Positions 26,901 to 40,310 of a DNA stretch of 64,000 nucleotides are shown piece by piece (the first letter of the stretch is position 1; the number at the start of each line of letters is the position of its first letter). The notes beneath the pieces were generated by a model. The model had not been told where the DNA came from. It ran no database searches and worked only from the letters and a program-made list of their open reading frames with translations. Source of the DNA: Trichoplax adhaerens (lineage: Eukaryota > Animalia > Placozoa). The stretch spans positions 6,259,246 through 6,323,245 of the forward strand of contig NW_002060945.1 of the NCBI RefSeq assembly GCF_000150275.1. Reading direction: 5' to 3'. Made by a program: the position numbers and the translations under genes.

Positions 26901-27771
26901 TTTTTGTATTTCGTTTGATCACCTGGATATTTTTCTCTCGACGATATGATCTCTAATTATCTCTACAATAGGGGCCAGTGATAATTTAATTGTATCAACA
27001 AGTGGTTAGCTTTAGAGTAATCATGATGAGTAAATGAGAAATGATTTTGATCGTTCTACGCAGAATACAAAATAGTTTACGGCAATAATAAAAGTCGATC
27101 ATAAAATTGGCAAGTTTAATAGGTGAAATGGATCAGAAAAACTACACCCAGATGGTGATCTTACTTCATAATACGCCATTTTTTCTCTCTAGCTGTAGAA
27201 GGAGGCACCAAAACTGACATGGACCAGATGAAAAGGATGAGCTATTTGATACTGATTTAAATTGTCGATAGGTAAATAAGAATTAATCAAATCAACTTGA
27301 TGCTTTCATTCTACTCTATATGATAATACAATTCTAATCTTCAACTAATACGAATTGAAAAAGCTAAACTATATCAAAATATCTTACCGTTCTATTTTAA
27401 TCCTTATGGTAGCATATGGCAAGTTATTGTCATCTATTGATAAAATGAGAATAACAGTCAGAGTAATAAGGCAATTGATTACCAATACTTGACAACCGGC
27501 TCATCGATATATTAGAACTAATTTAAAGATATTTGATGAAGCAATACTTACCTAATCGACACTATCGCTACTATACAGTGTACACTGTAGTGTACAGTCG
27601 AAGTGAATTAATCTGAAAGTGTCGAATTTTCGTTTCATTCTACGCTTATTCTTGATCGTAAATTATCATCGTTTATGCGATTGAAATCAATTTGTTCATC
27701 AATTTCAATGCTTGATGAAGTGAAAAATTTATATCACATCCTTCCTGTTATAATTTTGTAGGTTTTAGATC

Positions 27772-30700
27772 ATGAAAGGTGGGATTCGCATTGGTCATTT
27801 TTTTAGGCGACGTCAGCGGAGGACATCGCCGCTTGAGAGGCCCAATGATGATCCAGATGATCAAACCCAAAATAATGAGAGAGATTTAACATGGACCCAC
27901 GCACAAAGTCAATCAAATGGCCAGCATATTGCCAATCTTGAGCCATCTCCAGATGTGGTTGGCGAAGAAGACATTCATCAAGGTAAAAAGAAAAAGAAAT
28001 TTAGCAACCCATTGTATGAAAATTTACTGGCCAAAGGTGTTGTTGGCAAGTATGTCGAAGATGTCGATCCAGATCAACAAAATGTAAGTATTTAGAAAAA
28101 AATTGTTCTATCTTTATTATCGATTTTTTTTAAGTTCTATCATTCAGAACGACAGAAGATGAAAACATAATTTTTCTGCATATTTTTCATATCTGAGTGC
28201 GCAAAGTGACTGATAATAAAATCATTTAGACCTGACAGTTAAAGTACAGAGGTCGAAAATGCAATGTATTCTTTGCCCCTTCCTTGTAACCAAAGATTAA
28301 CACTAGAAAACACTTACCGCTAATAGTTAAAATATATTAGCCATCATTTAGACAGCTAGAATATAAAATGATCGTTTTTATCTCCTAATTCGTAACTGAA
28401 AAACTAATATCGAAATCAAGGGGCCTTAATAGTTAAAATAGATTAGCTAGTATTTTAAATACAAAAGAAAAGGTAAGGATATCCCCTTACTTACGATCTC
28501 CGTAAATCAAAGACTTAACATTGGAAAGGTTGATAGTCTTCAATCTCGAATAAAATTAACTTCATAGAGAAATGCAGATTCAAAAATTTCTACGATCTCT
28601 GTAGATAAAAGATTTAATGATTTATAGCCTTAATACTTGAAGTAAATTAGTACATTATGGACACACAGAATAAAAAATTACACCTTGTCTCTTTCTTTCA
28701 TTATAACCAAAAATGAACGTTAGCATTTTTATAACTCCAGTAATTAAGTTGGGTTGCTTAAGCGTTCTAATATTGGCAATTATTTATGCTTTTCAATTCT
28801 CAATCTACCTATCTTTTCAATGAACGTAACTCCCTAGTATTCTTAATTTTGGATCACCGTGAATTGTTCATTTTATTGATAGCATTTAGTTCTCATACTT
28901 TAGTTATTAATAATTTAAAATTTAATTCTATGATATTAGATATTAGGATTAGTGTTAATGAAAGGATGTCAGGTATATCGACTCGTATTTAAGTGCGCTA
29001 TTACTTCTTTTTTCATTAAATATAGACATTTTGTGTTATAACTAAACGAATTGGAAGTTATAATGTTCATCGTTTCAATGCATTCAAATCGCTACATTTA
29101 TTCAAGCCGACCAATCCAATACGGAAAGCAGCCATTAAAATTACCACAAATCAATATCCTTTTTAAAATTATAGTTTACTTATTGAATGAATAGCTCTAA
29201 AATTAACAGTGTTATCCTACTGTTTCGGTGTCTTACTGAATATTTAGTGAAAGTAGTACTTAAAAGAATTTCTTAGGCAGGAAATTTACTGTAATATCAA
29301 TCATTAGCTGATTGATAATTACAATTTTTAGTTCGGTGCTCGACAATAATTTATAACATACTTATTTATAGTTCAATATTCAACAATAACTTAAAATATA
29401 CGATCATCTAGCAAATTATATTTCGATGCTCGTAAAGTAATTTATAAATCTACGTACATCTAGCAATTCATAGTTCGATGCTCGAAATAATCTATAGCCT
29501 ACCAATATCTAACATTTTATGCAGTAGTTTGATATTCCATAATAATTGTATCGTAAGCGTAAACTTATAGTTTGCAGCTCGATAACAATTATAATAGAAG
29601 CGAATTTAGCAATATGTTGCTAGATAATCATATACTTTAATTCAAAATCTGAAAATCAATAGCGATGTATTGATCAGTTCGGTGCTACGATATAATAATA
29701 TTGAACTATCCATTTATTGACTACAATTAATTTATGTCGATAATTACATATAGGGTTAATTAGCTTATACAGACTGATTTAACTATAGTACTATTTTCGT
29801 AGACAATAATTTAAAATGGAACTAAGAAGATTTTATGACGAAAAAGGGTTTCAGTAATGGTCAAAATCTTTCCTTAACCTTGGCTACATTTTTCGATTTT
29901 TTTGTTCTTTTGATAATTTTAAGTAACTGTGTCTTATTAGCGTTTCGTCCTGAAGAAATATCGTCATATAATACCATTGAGTAAGTTAATCTTCTTTCTA
30001 ATTTAGTTAAAATAACTTACTAATGATTGTATTTTCTCATTCTTGGGCTAACGTTTAGAACGCATTATTTAAATAGATATATTCTCATCTTGAGATTAAT
30101 GAAATATTGCTTTAATTTATCTAGGATCGGTTACAATGTGGTTTACACTATTGAAATGACATTAAAAATTATTGCTCGAGGATTTATTATTCATCGATTC
30201 GCTTATTTAAGAGATCCATGGAATTGGCTAGACTTTTTAGTCGTGGTCCTAGGGTATTGAAATGATAGAGTTAACAAAATAAAATAACGACTGCAATAAT
30301 AATCTATTTTTCTTCTCCATTTGTAAGTCAACATTAGAAAAAATAACTTGATCAGTATCTAAAATGGTGCATCGAATTTTCTATTGAATAGATTTGTCGC
30401 CGCTATACCACAGCTAAGTTATATACCTGGAATTGGTGTTGTAAGAGTATTTAGAGCTCTACGAATGATTACTGTGATTGATGGTTAGTAATGTAAAAAT
30501 AGGCTGTTTGCGTTATTGGTTTAGAAACTTATGTTTAGAAATCACATGAAGTAATTTTTTATGAAGTCTAACGAACGAATTATTTATTTTATTTTTCATC
30601 ATTTTCCAGGTTTAAAAACAATGGTCAATGCGATGTTGAAAAGTCTAAGGATGTTAACCGATGTTTTCTATTTAACAATTTTTTTCTTGTGTATATTTGG

Positions 30701-33700
30701 ACTTTTGGGCCTACAAATGTTTATGGGAGTGCTATCGCAAAAATGCTGTTTACCTTATGATTACAATCGATCAGCAATCGATCCAAGCTATCCGTCAACA
30801 TTACAAAGCTATGTTTTAAATGAAAGTAAGGAAATAACCCAAGATCTACAAAACACTTTTAGTTAAATTAAAGATTAAATTACTTTCTGAAAGTAAATAT
30901 CTATAGTAACAGTAAAAATATAAAAGCATCATTGGCTATCTTATCATATCAAACGAGGAATTAATAAAGTTAATTAAAGGAAGGCCGTCAGATTTAATAC
31001 TAACTTGACTACGTTTGGTTTTCTAATATAAAATATGTTATATAACCTACTAATATAGCATTGGCCAATTGGCTACGAGATGGCGACGATTATATAATTT
31101 GTGGCAATAGCTCCACTGCAAGGTTAGATATCTAAATTTAATATAATTGATAAAATTACTTTTGAAATCTTTGGCCATTGATGGTAAATATTTCACTTTC
31201 AATACCAAGATTATAGTGTTAAATCTACACTGTAATGAAACTGTTGTCTACAGTATATTGATAAATAATATCACAAATTATCTATATGCAAGGTTATTAT
31301 CAATCAAGATATTTAACTTCAATAAATAATGTCACTCATTAAACTATGCAAGACTACCATCTAGTAGGATATTCTTCTTCAGTATGATATAAGTCTAATC
31401 ACAATTTTTGGGGGATGAAATAGGAGTTGCAGCAAATACAGCCCAAATCATGTTTGCTACGAAGGAGCACTACCAAATCCGAATGATGGCTATACCAGTT
31501 TCGATAATTTTCCCATCTCTTTATTAAATTCTTTTCAACTAGTTACTATGGATTTTTGGGAAGACCCATATAATAAGGTAGAGTATAATATACGATAAAT
31601 TTCAAAAGTCTTAGATTTACAAACTCACTTAAAACTTTACCGGTACCTTCTCTTTTACAATTAATGTGTGAATAAATTTAGAGTATAGCTAACTTAATTA
31701 GAACAAATTTATAATACAGCCTTCGTATGTTTAACAAATTTATCACGACGTCAGTCAATAAAATTAGAATTGTAATCGACCCTTTTAATCGTATTCTCAA
31801 TTTCATTTTCTTCATTTTTCAGATTTCTGATGCAGTAGACATTGGTTATGCCTTATTTTTCGTCTTTGTTATCATCTTGGGATCATTCTATCTGCTAAAT
31901 TTAGTTATAGCTGTTGTATCTATGGCGTATAATCAAGAAGATCGCCTAATGCATGATCTGGTAAAGAGATTTAATACAATTATTGATACATGATAGCCTA
32001 TAGAATCGATTTACAGATACAATTGATTACTATAGTTATTCATATTTGATCGTTATTGAGATCCAATTTCTAAACTCTTAATGCTATTCAATATGCTTTA
32101 GCTGCTTAATCATAGTAAAATGATGATAGCAACGAAGAAATCATCCGTATTTCCATACTATTCTGAGAAAGCACCCACATTATGGACACTTCAAAATCCT
32201 AGCCAATCCAATATCGAAGAGGGTACGGTTAAAAAAGATGCCATCAGCATTAATACAACAAACACCGAGAATGATGCAATTAAGAAAAATCAAAGCCTTC
32301 AATCATCGCCTAGACGCCTGATGAAAAGAACGAGTTTATATGAAGATGCATTACTGTCTGGTATTATGGAAAATAAAGATCTATTACGACGACGATTGAT
32401 TGAAATTAATCGAGAATGTCCGTTAGATTCGTTACCTTATACCAAATCACAATCGCAAGAGGCATCGAAGGTATCAGGTAAACAGAATAATCATTCGGAT
32501 ATGGCATCGAATTCATCTGATGGTAGCCTTGATCCGAATCATGGACAATCTAGTCAAGCATCTTCTAATTCCAGACATGATAATAAGAATGAACGACGAG
32601 GTGCAAACAGTATTTCATCGCTAACCTCGACAGAGTTAACTAACGCCTCCTCCTTAAGCAGTAGTACTACTATTAAACAGCGAGAATCGTTAGAATTGCA
32701 AATTCTTCAGAAAGGTGAACATGATCATTCAGTTGAAGAGAGAGAGGCAGCCATTATTACTGAGAATGATGATACAGACAAAAATGATGAAGATCATCAT
32801 CGTCCAACTCAACGAAAAGCAGCTAAGGATAATGATAGCTTAGATGAACTAATTAACGAATCAACTCAATTAGCGCTACGTAATATTACAAAATCGTCCA
32901 CAACAAGTTCTAATCGTGGTAAAAATTTATCCGCAAAAGCAAGCAACGGTAAACGCAAGGAGAGTGAATCATTGGAAACATCATCAATAAGTCAAGCAGG
33001 GTTTTCTCTAAAATCACGCGAAAATAGTCTAATTAGTCTTAATGCTAAGGCCCCAAATAAAGCTAGAGAATCCATTGGAGGATTTGCTGAGCCAGCTATT
33101 GCTGAAGGTAAATTCTAATGGTAAAATAAAGGATCCATTTAAGAATTTAATCTAACCGATGATTGGTATCCAATTATTTATAATTACGTGTAAACCGATG
33201 TTTTGAGATACGTCTGATCTCATTTGCTCATTTCCATTATCCGATAGGATAGCATATTTCTGCACAGAAATAAGCTAATAAATATTTTATAGTTCATAGG
33301 CTTATTTCAAAAATTTCTTCTCATAGTTATAGAAAGGTTCACTTTTGCTACATCAGTATCACAGTCAACTTTTCTATACGCTTATTACTGGAAAACGATT
33401 TAATTTTGTGTATTGATATTGATATTAACGTATTATTAGCTTAGTATTACAGTAAATTATAGATGTTTCATTTTTGTGCATCTTAGCTTCCAGCTTCTAT
33501 TTGAGTGAATTCGAATCAGCTACAAATACTATTGGTTTATTGCTTTGTCAATTAGCTACGGTACTATATTTTAACCAATATAATATGTTGTTTCGCTCCT
33601 GATTATAGTTAATTCAATGTATCTAATAACGAATATTTGGTGCTAATACTTGTGGTGATCTTAATATTTATTTTAAATTACCTTCTACGTCATAGCTAAA

Positions 33701-36700
33701 GAACTTGTCAGCATTGAATCAGAGAATGGTGATCCTGCGATGTCTGATTCAGTTACGGATCCTTCCATTCCACGAGTTGGTAAAGGCCCATGTTGGCAAA
33801 CATTTCGATCGCCAATCAATAAAATAGTTACCGATCCACTGTTTGACTTGATAATTACGTTTTGCATCGCATTAAATACTTTATTTATGGCATTATATCA
33901 GCCTAATCCGCGAAATGATCCTGGAAAGGCTAGCCTTAATAACGTCATTCAAATTGCAAATTATGTAAGTATTATGCTTAGTTTACCATAGCAGTCTCAC
34001 AACGTTATGCAATAAAAAGGTAGAAAAAAATGATAATATAACCAATTAGTCATAGTATAGTTTTGCTTCTATTAGACTAAAATTATATAACGATGTCAAT
34101 ACTACGTAGAGGAAGGTCGAAATAACGACGTATAAATTTTCCAAGATAGTGTTTTAAAAGTTAAATCGAAACAAAATTACTATCGATTCTACAAAGAATC
34201 GGAAGTATCTATAGCAATTTATTTACTCTAGCTTATATAAATTAACTACTACTTAAAATATTTAAATGTGATACAAAAAGATATATTGCAATAAATTCTT
34301 ACTACTAACAAATAAGATTTAGCAATTAGAAACACTTAAGTAGGCAATTTCTTACGCTGTGTTTACGTTTATTTGGCAGGTATTTACTGGGATTTTTACC
34401 TTGGAAATGGTTCTAAAGTTAATTGCTTTTACTCCATCTGGCTATATTAGTAGTAAATGGAATGTCTTTGATGGCCTTGTGGTCATTGTAAGTTATTTAG
34501 ATTTTATATTATCTACTATACTCCAACAAAATCGGGGTTTAGCTGTATTGCGTACATTTCGTTTATTGAGAGTTTTTAAATTAGCTCAATCATGGACTGC
34601 AATGAGGACATTAGTTCGAGCAATTGTACGTAGTTTATCGGCTATTTTTTATGTCACATTAATCCTATTCTTGGTATTATACGTCTTTGCTGTCTTGGGC
34701 ATGAAGATATTTCGTCAACCTTACCTCAACTATTATAGTACAGTTAATTTCCCTCGCTGGAATTTTAATACATTTTTCGATTCGTTTATGCTAATCTTTC
34801 GTGTCTTATGTGGCGAATGGGTCGAACCATTATATGAAGCAATGCGAGCCACTAATCCAGCTAGTATTATCTTTTTCATTTCTGCTTATGTTATTGGTAA
34901 TTTATTAGTCTTAAATTTGTTCTTAGCCTTATTATTAAGCTCATTTGAAAACGTATCTTTTACGGAAACTTATGACCAAGATACTATTATTAATAATCGC
35001 CGAGCATCACCCATGATTTCAATTGCGTTGCGCTTAGCACAAATTTTAAGGGCAGATAAACTTTATTTCTATATGCGAGCTCATTTTGGCTGCTGTAAAA
35101 GAGCAGAAGTCGCAGAGATTAATCCACCTAATAAAGAAGATGAGTCATCAGTCATATCACAGAGTATTGTCATGGATCCTATCGATTTAGGTTATCCAGG
35201 ATCATCATTACCCATACAGCAAGGTAAAGTATTTAAATTGGAGCCTATACCTGGTAGAAAGACTAGCGATGCTCCGTCCAGATCAATCACTGATTTACGC
35301 GGCTTTATCATTCCATCTGCTCAAGATTTACAACGGAGTCGAAAAAGTGTACCTAATATCAGTCTTCAAGGCCACGACTTACGAGGAATGACTCAAGATC
35401 TGCGAAATACAACTCGTAGCAAAAATAGCGTACAAACTATACCAATAGAATCTAAAATAGAATTTATGGCTGTGAATGCGTCTAATAGAAGTTCGAATAA
35501 CGAATCAGATTATCCAGTTGATTTACATAATAAAGTTTATGCAACATCGTCAAAAAAGAATAATGGCCTTCTATCAACGAATAGTAATGGGAAGGCATTG
35601 AGTGCATCATGCAATCATTTACCAGTTGGAACGCGGCATCATAGTGGAAGCGGATTGACTTTATGTCATGTTGGGACTGGAATGGCTAGCAGTGAAAATC
35701 TTGATAATGGAATCTCCAATCCTAAAACTTCTCTAATGTCTAAATCAGTCACACAATTAGAATCGAAAAATGAAACTCGTTTAATTATCGATCGAAGACG
35801 TAGTACCCGATCTGTTAATCGAAATCATAGCCATCTTAGTGAAGATGATGACGATTATTACTATCCAGAACAAGATAGTGATGAATCCGATGATGAAGTT
35901 ATCATCAGTAGTGATGATAAGCCTTCAAGAGTAGCAACTCCACCATTACGTCGTGGACAGGTTTCTCGTTCGTCATTTGTAAGGCTCGGCTCGGATGGAG
36001 ATATCGATGCTAATGAAGATGAGGTAAACTATTTTCAATCTATTTCCAAACGGGTACATATGAATTCATTTAAAATCCTTGAATATAGGCATATAGTATA
36101 TAGAACATAATACGTAGTAATTATGTATATATACAGTCTGTAGTATATATGTATGTAGTGTACGGTCTCATATGTAGAATATAACACAAAATTCCTTTTT
36201 TGAGAAATATTCCTATTTCATCGATAGGATTGGTCAGCATCTCGTTGTGAGTCAACAGTCGGTGATGCTGAAGAAGCAGCCACTACCACTAATTTACCGG
36301 CCCCCTGTTTTCCACGGTTTGTATCCAAATGCTTTCCCGCTTGTCGTTCAGACGAATGGGCAATAACAAACTATTGGGTAACAATGAGAATCTATGTTAA
36401 ACGATTGGTTGAGCATCGAGTTTTCGAAGGAATTATTCTTCTTCTAATATTTGCTAGCAGTGTCATCTTGGTAAGTGGTATTAAATTACAGAGGATTGAA
36501 ATTGATTATGTTTACGATCGAGAATAGATCAATAAATTTATAAATGTGATCGAATAAGTTCAATTTTGCAATCTTTAATGGAACGAATCTAATTCTAATT
36601 TTTATAACATGACTGTTATGGATAGGCTCTAGAAGATGCTTATATCCTTCAACGCCAAGATTTAGCTCGTGCAATTGAAGCCCTTAATGTCTTCTTTGCG

Positions 36701-39700
36701 ATAGCCTTTACGGTGGAAATGGTCCTGAAATGGATTGGATTAGGTTTTGTTGCTTACTTTACAAATCCATGGAATCTGCTAGATGCATCTATTGTAGCGG
36801 TAGGATTATCAGATTACACGTGTAAATATATTGGCATATCAGCTGCATAACACTAATTCAACCTATCTTTAATTAGATCTCGTTGGTGACCATTATCCTA
36901 CGCAATTTAGCAGCTTTTCGATCACTCCGTACGCTAAGAGCATTAAGACCTTTGCGCGCTGTATCTCATTGGGAAGGCATGAAGGTAGTGGAAATTTTAA
37001 TCATAGCTAAATGATATTATATGCTAAAATTAGAGATGTAGAAATTTTAATTGTAGCTAAACGATATTACATGCTAGGGTTATAAGCGTCAAAAATTTAA
37101 ATTACAGCTGACCGATGTTATAAGCTAATTCTATTTCCTATTTATGACTACTCGTAGGTGGTAGTGAATGCTCTCTTTGGTTCAATTCCGTCCATCGCTA
37201 ATGTAATCTTAGTTGGGGCAATCTTGTGGCTAATATTTGGTATTAGTGGAATGTATATCTTTGGCGGATTATTTTATAAATGTGAAGATGCTGCCGGAAA
37301 TCGCATGAATGCAAGCATTATTCCAAATAGGACAGTTTGTTTAGATAATGGCTTAACATGGCAGAATTCATTGATTAATTTTGATTCCGTACCGGCGGCA
37401 TTTTTAGCCCTATTTCAAGTTGTAAGTTTTTACCCTGACTTAATTTATGTACTTGTATACTCGTCTCAACTGTAATTCAACGCGTATTAGTGCTTATTTT
37501 ATATCTCTATTTAATATATGTTTATCAGTCTTGAGCTATAAGTTTCTATTATGATTTAATTCATATCACCACTAGTCCAATATAAATATTTAGCAAATAA
37601 GCATTAGCAAAATATATAAATTTATACAATAGATCTCCATTCACATTTGCTAAAGTTCATAAACTCTTTCTTAAATAGGCTACATTTGAAGGATGGATGG
37701 AAATTATGAGAGATGCGACTGATGCTAAAGGAGTAAGATGGCAATTTTTTATAAATTATATATGAAGTCAAATTTTCGCCTAAGCGGTACCAAAACTTGA
37801 AGAAGCAAAAATTGAAGACAAGCTATTAAATTCTATTCCTCTTATTCGTATACTTTTTAGATTGATCTTCAACCAGTCCGACTCTATAACAAGGGGGCAT
37901 ACGTTTATTTCGTTATATTCATCTTTTTTGGCACCTTTTTTACTCTCAATTTGATTGTCAGTGTTATCATTGATAATTTTTATAAATTGAAAAGAACAGT
38001 AAGTTAGGATTAAGTTGCACGACATTATTATATAAATATGAGTAGTTATAAGTTCAATCTGTTGAATATTTCTAGTACGAGAGAAATGCCGCTGGTATAC
38101 CAACTGATATTTTATTAACCGAAAGCCAGAAGAAATGGTATAAAACTATGCAAAAGTTATCCAAGAAAAAGCCTACCAAACAAATCCCACCAAGCAGAGT
38201 AAGTAGTTTATAGGGCTAAAAACTGTTTCGTCAACAGATTATTTTGTTACCGCTATATTTATTATTAATTTCATTTATTTTCGATATTTTAATTACTGTT
38301 CTTTTTCCCTCATCTTTATTTCTATTTTACAGTACAAATGGCAAAATCATTTGCTAGGTTATGTTCAGACTCAACGTTTCGATTTATTTATTATGACAAT
38401 CATATTTGCTAATACAATTACTATGATGGTCAATCATTACCAAGAAGCCAAGGAAGTCTCCGATGCTTTACATATCCTTTTCTACTAGATTGTATAAAAT
38501 CAGCTAGAAATACGCCATTATTAAACTATAACTAGCTGCTTAGGGCTAATTTATGCAGTAGAGTAAGTTGTAAGATTTATTAAAACGGGATACTAACTTG
38601 AGTACTACATTTACCAATAAAAGTATGAGATCTGTTTACATTCTATAAATTTTAAGATTAATGTATAATGATATAGATTAATCTTATTCTTCTTAACCAA
38701 AGTCGTGGCTTTTCATTTATTTTGCCCGGCAAACACGAATCATAGACATTATCTTCACTTCCATTTATACCCTTGAAGCCATTTTGAAAATTCTGGCCAT
38801 GAGACGATATTACTTTAATATTCCGTGGAATGTATTTGATTTTTGTATTGTCATCTTATCAATTATTGGTAAGTGCTAGTTTATAGATAAAAACTTCTAT
38901 TTCTGCAATGGAATATTAAAATTATATGATTTAAGATCTAAGACGATATCAGCGTTACAATAATTTCAAAGGAAATCATTAATCTTCATTTCTAATCAAA
39001 AGAAATTTAATAGCGAAGATTTAGAATAGTCCATTTCGATAGCAAAACTCGAATATTATACTTAGAAGTTGATTATTAAATTACATCAAATCTATTTTTA
39101 CCTCTGATTGTGGAAGGTTAATGTACGAGTATAGCAAGGTTGAATTACTGTAGCGATAGATAGATGGATAGTTTACAGTATTAGCTTAATATTTCTACCT
39201 ATAGTATATATAATATATGTACACCTTGTTGTGTGGTTAATAGTCATAGAATTGAAATCTTTGGTTAATTGTTGTTTAATAGGTTTGGTTTTAGATATCA
39301 TTGCGCAAACCAATAGCATTCCAATTAGTCCTAGTGTATTGCGTGTTTTACGGGTTTTTAGAATAACGCGAGTTTTAAGATTAATTGAAGTGGCTAAAGG
39401 TGTTCGGCGATTGTTAATGTCGCTAGCAATGTCCCTACCAGCATTACTTAATATTGGTTGCCTCCTCTTCTTGGTTATGTTTATTTATGCTATCATTGGT
39501 ATGTCGTTATTTGGTAGCATGGTTCATCATGGCACCATCACTGATACAATCAATTTTGAGACCTTTCCCAATGCTATGGCGCTACTCTTTCGATTAATGA
39601 CAGCAGCTGGTTGGAATGATGTCCTCGATTCTTTAATGACAGATGGGCCTAACTGTAATGCATCGTTAACTAATCTAGCACCTACTGGAACATGTGGCAA

Positions 39701-40310
39701 TCCTGGTGCAGCAATACCATATATGGTGACATTCGTATTTATAACATTTTTAGTCTTGGTCAATATGTATGTCGCTATCATCTTAAACAATTATCAGGAA
39801 GTAGTAGAAGACGAGGAAATTGGTATTACAACCGGTGATATCGACATGTATTACGAGCTATGGTCCAAGTATGATCCATATGCAACCCAATTTATCGATT
39901 ACCATTTCTTGTCACAATTTGTAGCTGATTTGAATCCACCACTCAAGATACCACAACCGAATAAATATGCTTGTGTTGCTCTAAATCTACCGTTATATGA
40001 TGAAGATCGATTGCATTGTTTAGATATATTGGAAGGTTTATTATTTCGTGTTCTAGGTAATCCATTTGAAGAAGGGACTCAAGCAGTTGAAGAATTTTTT
40101 ATTTTAAAAAGGCAAATGGAGAAAAAATTTGCTGAAGCTTTTCCAAACTGGAGAGCAGATAGTGCTAATCGTAATGCTAGAACAACCATGCAATTAAGTC
40201 GTGAAAATTGGGCGGCTAAAGTTATTCAACGCGCCTATCGCCAATGGAAATATCGATCAGATATCCATAAGGCAACTTATCGACATGTTCATTCTCGCAG
40301 GCGTCATTAA
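27772..40310 (+). CDS. Voltage-gated sodium channel family alpha subunit (Nav2 type, DEEA filter), paralog A, multi-exon
   Basis: Four S1-S6 repeats; [11 protein letters not shown]. Pore loops TMDFWE (31551), CGEWVE (34815), TFEGWME (37688), TAAGWND (39606). III-IV linker [12 protein letters not shown]; IQ motif VIQRAYRQW; stop at 40310. Confidence 0.95.
29154..29887 (+). other. U12-type AT-AC intron (Nav paralog A, before DI-S1)
   Basis: 5' ATATCCTTT, branch site TCCTTAAC at 29871-29878, 3' AC at 29886-29887. Splicing restores ...[20 protein letters not shown]. Confidence 0.93.
29328..29700. repeat. Degenerate ~50-bp minisatellite inside the AT-AC intron
   Basis: About 7 variants of TAGTTCGATGCTCGA.AATAATTTATA. 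Confidence 0.65.
36985..37128. repeat. Three degenerate ~50-bp units filling a Nav A intron
   Basis: GAAATTTTAAT..TAGCTAAA.GATATTA.ATGCTA repeated three times. Confidence 0.7.
38472..38736 (+). other. U12-type AT-AC intron (Nav paralog A, DIV S1-S2)
   Basis: 5' ATATCCTTT, branch-like TTCTTAAC at 38690-38697. AC at 38735-38736 gives in-frame [24 protein letters not shown]. Confidence 0.85.
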
